DNA of 57,638 nt, the filler included, from Sphacelaria rigidula (Eukaryota), in the NCBI GenBank assembly GCA_964200075.2. It is 8 parts of 8 records of this genome, joined end to end, with 100 filler letters (N's around TTAATTAATTAA, not from the genome) between each part and the next. Parts side by side here need not be neighbours in the genome. Positions count along the whole stretch, not along the records: positions 43,305 to 50,421 come from CAXNAA020016405.1; positions 50,522 to 57,638 come from CAXNAA020016406.1; 6 more parts are not named here. The stretch is one strand, 5' to 3'. The first letter of the stretch is position 1. Every line of letters starts with the position of its first letter. This document shows positions 48,611 to 57,638 of this stretch, one piece after another. The position numbers and the translations under genes were made by a program. Under the pieces are notes generated by a model that saw only the letters and a list, made by a program, of their open reading frames with translations, had not been told where the DNA came from and ran no database searches.

Positions 48611-49367
48611 TGTCGTAGCACATTATTTTTCGATCGTTCAAAAAGTGCGGTGAAATTGATTAGAGCGAATTCGTTCATATCTCGCGAGATGGGTCAAAAC
48701 GAATTTGCAAGCTTCCGATCTAAAAAAAGACAGTGACTCCGTGAAGCAGCACTTGGTCGCTTGTCTACAGTACAGTACTGCACTGTCTGCGCTGTATACA
48801 TACACACAGTGTGCCTGAGTGTGTGTGTGTGCGTGTTTCTTACGGTAATTGTAGGGTGTGAAAGAAAAGGGGAAAACGTGCATTGCAGACAGCGTAGGAC
48901 TAGCTGCACTCCCTGCTTACAGTGCGACGTGAAAAAGGACCTGCACAACGTGCAGCTTTGTACTGCTTGCACTCTCTATGAATATACGCAAGTCGGTCGT
49001 CCACCCTACCACGCAGTTCCGTCGCCGATCCCTACCATGAACAAAATGCCCAAGTTCTCGCCAACGAAAACTAAATACACCATACCCAGCTACTACTGCA
49101 GTGTATCTATCCCTGCGTGCCCAACTCGCGCTCTATAACAGCCGATCATCGAAGTTGAGGATGGAGCTTTTCATTGAGGATGAGAGCCCGGAGGAGTAAA
49201 AGCTTCGTATCCACACCAAATCTTCGAAATATGGTTCCATTCCTTCACCTGCTCGTAGCTATTGACAACTGCTACACGCCCTACAAATTTGGATTTCGAT
49301 AACCGAAATGTTGGGGTCCTAGAGGAAGAAAAGAATTTGGCGAACTAAAGTGATTCGATCAAAAAGT

Positions 49368-50002
49368 CAAGGGCAAGTCAGGTGGGGTATGTACTTTTGA
49401 ATACTCGGGTAAAGTACCCGGGATTTACTCTACCCGAGCTTTGGGTGGATTGGGCACGGCCTCAAATGCTCTACCCAAGGTTTTGGCTAGATTGCGTACG
49501 ACCTCAAATAATACACTCAAATATTGGGTAAGTACCCTCAGCAATACCGGAGTATAGAGTATCACATGGTTATGACCTCAAATACTCTACCCAAATTTGG
49601 GTAAGCACTCTCAGCAATATCTGGGTTAGAGTATCACATGGGTGTGACCTCAATAATATACCCATATTTTCAAGGTTCAGAGTGCGTGTTGTCATTCCCT
49701 TTATCCTGGACGCCAGTCTACACCAGGTGTAGACTAACGGTGTAGACTGGCGTCCAGGATAAAGGGAATGACAACACGCACTCTGAACCTTCAAAAGTTT
49801 CCACTCCAAGCTTCTTCCACTTTGACGAAAAACCATTCATTTTCCGAAAATTTCTACTATGGGTATCATCTACCACTTTACCCAGATTTTGGGTAGTTTG
49901 GGTACGATTTCAACATTTCACCCAAATGTGCTAGGAATGTGCAAGGTGTACAACTCCTCGAAAATACCGAGTTTTGGGTATACCGAACCCGATTTGTCCT
50001 TG
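49368..50002. mobile_element. hAT-type non-autonomous element with the same internal array, interrupted by a palindrome
   Basis: TIRs CAAGGGCAAGTCAGG...CCCGATTTGTCCTTG. Confidence 0.65.
49672..49791. repeat. Perfect 53-bp inverted repeat with 14-nt loop
   Basis: 49672-49724 is the exact reverse complement of 49739-49791. Confidence 0.95.
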
Positions 50003-50421
50003 GAGCTTTGTAATTAATTGGCTGCTGATATCAAGTTGTCTCAGGACTCGAGCATGACGTACGACACTTTTTACGTTAACGTTGAAGTGTGGAAGTGCGG
50101 GTTGTTGGTTCTATTCCTGCTGGCGCCACATGCTTCCTTGCAACACCCTCTCGCGTGCCACAAGGGCAGCGACAATCTCTGTTCCGGATCAGTAGTCTGC
50201 AACCACCATGTTTGAGAAACGTGCTTGCTCATGGCGGGTGAGTAACACCGGCACACTGTAGGTTAACCTTTTCGGAATCGTCGATGAAAAAATGGCGATT
50301 GACAGTTGACTTTTCTTGGACAAGAGATGGTCATTATTCTGCAACTGTTACCAGTGGATCCTAGAAAATGAGGTTCATACAAAATATGGGGTTGAAGTGG
50401 CATTTCTCTTTTGCAGGGAGG

Positions 50422-50521
50422 NNNNNNNNNNNNNNNNNNNNNNNNNNNNNNNNNNNNNNNNNNNNTTAATTAATTAANNNNNNNNNNNNNNNNNNNNNNN
50501 NNNNNNNNNNNNNNNNNNNNN
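50422..50521. other. Artificial 100-nt contig linker
   Basis: N44-TTAATTAATTAA-N44. Confidence 0.97.
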
Positions 50522-51550
50522 AATGGTCTGATGACTATGGCATGCATGATCATGAGTACACCCTCCCCCCATATCATGGAATCATTGATTGGGTTGATTG
50601 AGTGATTGATTGATTAATGAATTGTCGCACATGAACTGATCCACGAGGGACCTAGCCTTGATTGGTCATTATCCAGAAGATAGACGTACCCAAGGTAAAC
50701 AAATCGGAAAGACTCGCTCTAAAGAGAACCAAAGAAGGATCAGCAGTCGATGAAAGGTTGAACAAGTTAGAGTAAACCGAACAAAAACAAGAGATGACAA
50801 GAAAATAGAGCATGGAAGAAAAAAAGGAAGAGAAGAGAAAATAAAATATAACACAGGTTGAAACAAATTATAAATAAAACACGGTTGCGATGAAGAAATT
50901 AATACCATAGTTTTGTAGCGGGAAATGGCCGTCTCCGGCAGCGTGACTTTCAGGTGAAACCACCGTGTAAAATGAGTACATGAAAAATGAAGGAAAAAAA
51001 ACGTGAAGCAGGTTGCGGCTCATCTAATTTGGAAACCGCACTATTCGGGCATGGAGTCCACGCCCTGGATACAGATTACATTGTCAAAAAGTGTACTGCC
51101 TACAGTATGGAGTACATTGTCTATTGCAATAGACGCAATAGTCGATACTGAACACAGTACACTTTGCGACAATGCAATTTATTGCCATCCTCCAGGGTGT
51201 GAAGTCTGACCTACGAGCTCTACAGGAGCGAGACACAAACTTGCGAGGATCGGACGACTATTGACTCGTTTGAAAATTTCTTGCTCTTAGTCTGATTGAT
51301 TAGTACCGTACGAATCAATCCTTGGAACTTGTTTTGAGCATTGCACCCCCAAGTATGAGCACCCCAGGCACGTGGGAATAGCGCGAAATTTGCTCAGAGG
51401 CGTTTTTGACCGGCGGTCAAGGTTTCCCCCCCCTATTTTTTCGAGCAAAACAGGCCTCAGAAATAGTACATTTGGTGATTCGAACCGAGATTGATTCGTC
51501 CGCCCCTGCACAACATGACTTCATCAAATCATTTCACCCCTCCGAGACAG

Positions 51551-54500
51551 GTGCAAACCTTGGAGAAGGAGATTGTGACGATCCTCAGCGATGCCGATCC
51601 GTTGGAGCTCAACTACATGCTGCCCAAGATAGGTCTGGGATTGCTGTTCTACAAAATTAAAGACCATGTTCCTACCAACATGCACAGGACGAGGCTCTTG
51701 GACCTACTCGCTGTCACAAGGGTTGCGGTGAGTTATGTGAATGCTGTCCCAGCGATTAACGGTAGTGAGCTGAGCCATCCCATGATTGCGGATGGAGGAG
51801 CTGGGGCGCAGATTTTTGCTCTAGACAGCAGGGTTCTTGGCTCTGTGATGTACAATGATTCTCTTTTATTTTCGTTTTTTTTTTCATTGTGTTTGTGATC
51901 TCTTCCCCTCCTCGGGGCAATTCCCTAGTCTGTGGAGATCAACCAACGCATCTTGTTTCCCGGCGCTTGCCCGACGCATTGTTATCGAGGGTTTCGATCG
52001 GCATTCCGGTATTTAGCAAAACCCCGTAGACTGACCCTCGTCATAATTTTCCCTTGATACTCGCGTCCTGATACTTGTAACGACGGGAACCATATATTGG
52101 ATAGTTCAGGCACCGGGACTGGTTTGATCAATGTCTAGTATGAAGGAGAGCTTGTGGCTGGGGTTGGCAGGCAAAAGTTTGCGGTGGGCTCTGCATACAA
52201 CGCTGTACAGTAGAGTCAAGTACCGCAACCCACTTGCTAAATTACATCATGCACCCGATCTGTTACTCACAATCAGAGTTAGGTTGATTGTGGCACTTCA
52301 ACTGACTGGGGGGTCCAGTCTGTGGCATGCATTATCATGAGTACACCCCAGGGGTCTAGTCGTGGTCTCATGATAGACGTACCCAAGTTTGTCTTCGTGC
52401 AAAGTCTTAACGCGAACCCTAACGCTAACCCTAACACCCCAAGGCGTGCCGAGAACTTGGGCAAGGGGTACTCGAGGTAAGTGTGCGTCGGGAGACCTCA
52501 AATCGACGTATTTTTTGTCATCATCCAAGAATGTACACAGGTCTGAGGGTGAACCCAGTTGCACATACAACTTTTGCGCGTTTGTCTGGCCATATTCCCA
52601 TCATGTGACTCGTCTTGCAGGATACAAAGGGATTCATGGGTAGATACAGCGCGAGAGCAGTGAAACTAAGCAGGATTCTTGACACGATCTCGTAGGGGAG
52701 GGGTTGATGATGAAGCAAGTTGTGGTGTGAATGGAGCGTGCGAGAGGAGCTGACACGCACATGTACAAAATACCGTGCATTAATTTATTTTCTCCCTCGT
52801 TTTTCTGTTGAACGGACGCTGGCCTCACAGCATGGATATCCAACTCTACTTCGCGGTTTAAAATGCTACACAGGTCACGTGGCACAGATATCACGTTACA
52901 TGGGCCACGTGGCACATATATCACGTGACACGCACAGGTCACGTGGCACGGCGCTGTAGTGCAGAATAAGGACGAGCAGGATGCCATGTAAAAGCAACAG
53001 AAAACTGCGAGATAGTAACCGAAACATTCATAACGTACTATGGTAGTGTATAAACACTTGAGTCGCGGCGGTGTCCATTTCCTATTTCCCCGTGTAGGGC
53101 ACTAATGCAGCAGATGATTAAGCAGTTACGTAGCACTTTGTGCTTGATGCGAGCCACACAAAATATTCTGTGGCATGACGTCAAGTTCTTTCTCCAGTTG
53201 GCACGCGTCAAAGTCATATTCTTGAACATGGAAATTTGGTAATCCCTCCCCCCCCCCCTTCCTGTTGAAGGTTTTGTGTAGTGTATGGAAGAAACGTACT
53301 GTGATGAGGGCCAAAATGTCACAAGTGTCTCCATTAGGAATAGAAACGGTGCTCCGTCTCGAAAGGGGTGCGTGGTCAATGGTCAAACGACTAAGGCAAG
53401 CAACAAATAAGGACCCCGCGCCCCTCCCCGAAGATGCGGGGTAGAAGACGAAAGTAACGGACGTGATGGAAATTATATGGAAAAGGAAACGCTCAGACGA
53501 AAAGTGAACGAGGAAGAACACCTGAACACCTGGACATATACGGGGGTTGAGAGAGGAGACAAGGATGAGAACATATCTGCATGGCCCAATGGATGCGGCG
53601 AAAAAATTATTTCCCGTGGGGCAACTGGCCCTCCCAGAAAGAAGAAAGGGATGGACCAGTGGTCGAGAGGAGGAGAAAGTAGATGCACAGAATTGCCCTT
53701 GTGGCAAAGCAATAGAGAGCAGAAGTCATCTAGTGGCAGGATGTGAACTATACAAGGAGGAACGGGACGTGCTAGAGGGGGAAATGCGGGACGTGAACGA
53801 AGGTGGCATGGAATTGTCTGATGAAAAAATGAACGGAAGAAACGATGGCTATACTAGGAGATATATGGTGGCCAGAGACGGCGAAACAGGACGGGGATAA
53901 GATATGTAAAACATTTTTGTGCAGCGTATGGGAAAAATGTAATGAGCACCGAGATGTTGGAGGTGTCTCTATTAGGAGTAGGAATGGTACCCCGCCTCAA
54001 AAGGGATGCGTGGTCAACGGTCAAGCGACTAAGGCAAGCGACTGATGAGTACTTCCCCCCCTCTCCCAATGACTTGGGCCACATGTACTGGCGAGAATAC
54101 TCGGGTCATCTGGGTCTTCCGTTCATTTTTTCATTTGAAAATAATGCCGATGTAACAGACGGCTCACCCTGTTGGTCAAGGGTGAAGGATTCATGGCATC
54201 ATTATTGTCCTGTTGTTTGGTGTCTTGTGACGACCTCTCTGGCCTGTTGTGACAGGAATTGAACATTACATCGCGAGCGATCGTACTGGACGCGCTGCAG
54301 CAGATGAAGCTCTCAGCGCACAGGAAAAGGTGCGTCCGGGTTGACGATAAAAAATCACCCTTTCGTCTTTCAGGGATTGCTTTGTTGGTATCGTGTCTTG
54401 TGCCCATGTTTTTGGTGGGGCACACAAGTAAACCCACCGCATTTGATATGAATCATTGTTTTGTTGCTATCAAGTCTGCACTGTGCATGTGTCCATATAT

Positions 54501-56345
54501 AATCGCCTATTTTGTGCACGTGTTAGCAGGCTGAATTTGCAGCGGGACATAATTTACTTAGTACGTACCGATGAGGTCGCTCCATTCTACTTGAGAATTT
54601 CCAGGAGAATAGTCTAAAACATAGTGTCCGTGCAGTCTAGTCTAGTGTTCGTGCGGTCTAATCTCACTGCCAATGACGCCCGCACTCATATGTTCCGACA
54701 CAATACAGTAGTACCGTACAGCACACTGCCCCAACGCACAGCACCGGTGGGAGTGTCGCAGTAGGGAGCAGCGCTTTGTTTCTTCTACGGAAGACTAAAC
54801 AGAAAACGCACCATGAAATTTTCAACAGTCGATTGATTGATTATCTCACATTAGCTGATTGCAATAATCCAGCCCGTGGTCAGGAGCAGCAGAAAAAGAG
54901 CAGAATAAGAAAGAAAGAAGGAAGGACACAGGAAAAGAAGCAACATCCACAGGAAGGAAAAAAGACAAGAAGCAACAACAACAACAGCAGCAATAACGGC
55001 AATAACAACAACAACAAACACACACACACGCACACACGAACAAACAGCAGTGTGCAGCCAGCACTGCGTGCCGACCAACATTGTTTTCTGCAGAGACAAG
55101 ACAATGACAATGCCGCAGCTCACGCGATCCGAACCGCTGTCGCAATGCGTAAACACGCGCACAGTACAGCGTCGGCTCCAGCACATGAGAGAGGGCGCCG
55201 AGTATGCTTTTGCTGCGGTACAGTGAAACAGGACATGTCCCATGTTTTAGTCCTCCGCTTGAGTTGGAACAGGTTCTCAATTTTGGGCGGGTGCCGAGTT
55301 TGAACCCTCGGCCACAGTCACGCTGCTTTTAATTCGCTTTGAGTTATCCATCTTCAGTTTGCCCATGTATTGATGTTTATCTTGCCTCGTTTATGCATGT
55401 GGTTATGTATATATCTTGTCAATTGTGTAATATTACTGATATGTATCCTGCCTATTCTGTGCATGTGCTCATGTATGTCTCGTCTATTTTGCGCGCGTTC
55501 ATGTCTTGCATATTCTGTGGACATGTTCATGGGTATACCTATATATATAATTATGTACATACGGAAACAGCGAGTACTACGCCAAAAATGTCATCTTGAA
55601 GACTAAGGGCGACGAGCTGTCGGAGCTGAAAAGTCTGACGGACTACAAAGGAGACGTGCACTCGCTCCACAAGCTGGTGTACCAGGACATCAAGGACGTG
55701 GCCGTTCGAGAAGAGGTTAGCGTCCTACCGTAAGGTTACGGAGCATATCACCCGGGGCGATGGGAAATTCCAACCGACCTTGATTTTTTTTCTTGTAGAA
55801 AAACGGCTGGCTGTCATGCACAGGCCGACGCTACTTTGTTGTTGGATTGATGGATTGGTGCACATTAACTTATCGATTTTGAATCCAGTCGAGATGATTA
55901 GATACGAGATAGATGTCGTCCGTCGACAGTCCTCGTGATATTATATTTTGATTATTGTTAATACTACTTTTATTAGTACTACTACTAGTACTGCTAACTA
56001 TTACTATTGTTGCTGTTAGTATCATTGCCATTGCCATTGCCATTGCCATGTCATTGTCACTGTCATTGGTATCATCGTTATCATTATCAATGCGCGACAA
56101 TTAATCAATCTATCGAACGATCATCAATATGGTCATCATTCAAAATGATGAAACGAAACATAGTCCATCGATCAATGAACCAATCAATCGAAACCATTCA
56201 CTGGAACAGGTACTTCGACATATCGCGAAGGAAGCGAGAGTACAAGCGGCGCACATGAGGCTGGGCACGAGGACCGGTAGCCGACGCAGCGGGAAAGCCT
56301 GGCGCAAGATCCTCTCGGACGTCGACGACACGCTCACTTCTTCTG
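51551..56345 (+). CDS. HAD-superfamily DxDxT protein, App1-like phosphatidate phosphatase domain; internal exons 51551-51727, 54256-54329, 55571-55715, 56210-56345
   Basis: Four CAG/GT exons join in phase: VQTLEKEIV...LLFYKIKDH...LAVTRVA|ELNITSRAIVLDALQ...HRK|SEYYAKNVILKTKGDELSELK...LHKLVYQDI...|VLRHIAKEA...WRKILSDVDDTLTSS. The coding call is strong; the function is inferred from ILSDVDDT, which resembles the App1 motif ISDIDDT. Confidence 0.75.
53262..54053 (+). mobile_element. Two stacked LINE-A 3' fragments (53262-53410; ~53440-54053), the longer encoding a degraded ORF2 C-terminus with CCHC zinc knuckle
   Basis: CPCGKAIESRSHLVAGCELYKEER (from 53694) ... MAILGDIWWP...KGCVVNGQATKASD*, then GTAC and a C-tract; C-tracts also at 53243-53258 and 53414-53429. 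A further copy lies at ~56578-56702 after a C-run. Confidence 0.85.
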
Positions 56346-57568
56346 GTGAAGGAGGCGTTTTTGTGTGGTCGTAATATTTTTTTCTTGAATCTTTTTCATC
56401 TCTCCTCGGCCCCGAAGTGTAGAGGAATCCTCTCAGACAGCACAGCAAGCCATTCCGGGGTAGCTTTATCTGCCTGGCCGTCTTTACTAGTCTGAAAAAC
56501 GACGCGGAAGGGCTTCCCTACTCAAGACGAGTCCGCATTTCCAAGGGGTCAATAAGTCCATACTCACCCCCCCCCCAATGTTTTTGTGTAATGTATGGGA
56601 GAAACGTGATGAGCTGCGGAAGAAACGTAATGAGCGCCGGAATGTTGGAGGTGTCTCTATTCGGGGTAGGAACGATGCTGCTCTTGAACGGGATGCGTGG
56701 TCCCCCTCGTCTAGGGGCGTGATTGTGTTGCATTCGACTCAGCACTCTCGCAGATCGCTCGGCTTTCGCTTTGTCTGGAACCTATTTTTCGCCAACTTGT
56801 GTTGTTTGGAAGAGATAAAATATTGACCATCACACAAAAATAAGAATATAAACAGGAGAAAAACTTATTATTATTATCATGCTGTCGTGATTGTTTCGAC
56901 CCGACGACCTAATCTTCCTTGACCTATAAATATATATGTACATTTTCGTCATAATTTTCCTACCTCGGCTCTTCCTCGGAACGAGTCCATCTTTGCAAGG
57001 AATCAACCTAGTTACATTTCCAAGGTGTTGTACTGGTACCTGCCCGACATTTTGTTGCCGAGGATTGAGTCAGCACTCCCGCAACTGCAGCACCCCAATC
57101 GAACTCTCACGTTTCATCTATATTATTCAGCTCGTAAAGATCCGGAACTGATGGAATCAGGGATTCGTCTTATTTTTTTTGTTAAGGTTGCTTCCCCTCT
57201 CAGCTTGAATTTTGATTTATTGGTTGATTGTCGCACTTCAACTTACCCCCCAGGGGTCCAGCCGTGGTCTCATGATAGACGTAACCCAAGTAAAACAAAA
57301 CTGAAACACTTGCTGAAGAAAAGAAGGAACATAAAGAAGAAAAAAAAAGTCGAACAGTAGACTAGGACGTAACAAGAAAATAGTAACAAAAAGTCAACAA
57401 GATCAAAGCACAGAAAGGAGAGTATACGTATGTTTCCACTCGAAATAATCGTACCGCTCAGCCTCATCGATTGGTCAGGTTTTGAGCCCACGACGCAATG
57501 AATCGCGAGACTCAGAGTCGCGGTGTTGAGGAGTAAACAGATGAACTGAGAGAGGAAATGCTGACAGG

Positions 57569-57602
<34 letters not shown>

Positions 57603-57638
57603 CTTCACATTAAAAGCCGTTCCGATATCTGCGCGGTA

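Noticed and set aside
7119-50521. Functional clustering of folC, the J-protein, the phosphatase and the retrotransposon, and ORFs running through Ns
   Set aside because: They lie on different contigs joined by artificial linkers.
50528-50534. Hammerhead ribozyme (CTGATGA plus upstream GAAA) in element B
   Set aside because: Stems I and II cannot be formed by eye, and the motif aligns to LINE-A coding sequence (CAAATGA).
54776-55303. Overlapping ORFs of 130-175 aa on both strands
   Set aside because: They are produced by simple repeats (AAC, CA, A-rich) inside an intron of the App1-like gene.

Overview
This is eukaryotic, repeat-rich DNA with long introns. A brown-algal or other stramenopile draft assembly is my inference, based on gene architecture and repeat style. 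The window is not one locus. It is eight contigs of 7118, 7118 and 6 x 7117 bp, apparently sorted by length and joined by identical 100-nt N44-TTAATTAATTAA-N44 linkers. Contig 1 is a Ty3/gypsy-like LTR retrotransposon (long ORF1, gag with zinc knuckle, aspartic protease). Its gag and pro-pol are in the same frame, separated by one UGA followed by an 8-nt spacer and a predicted H-type pseudoknot, which resembles the MLV stop-codon readthrough signal. The other contigs carry phase-consistent exons of host genes: a membrane-anchored J-domain protein, the C-terminus of folylpolyglutamate/dihydrofolate synthase, an App1-like DxDxT phosphatase, and some unidentified exons. They also contain many MITEs, DNA-transposon relics and non-LTR retroelement 3' ends. 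The most striking cross-contig pattern is a LINE, with a SINE-like partner, that ends in GAGTACR followed by (C)n. It appears to insert into poly(C)/poly(G) tracts: one copy has a target-site duplication containing the tract, and copies stack head-to-tail. I found no rRNA, genuine tRNA or CRISPR array. All family assignments are by eye, without database searches.
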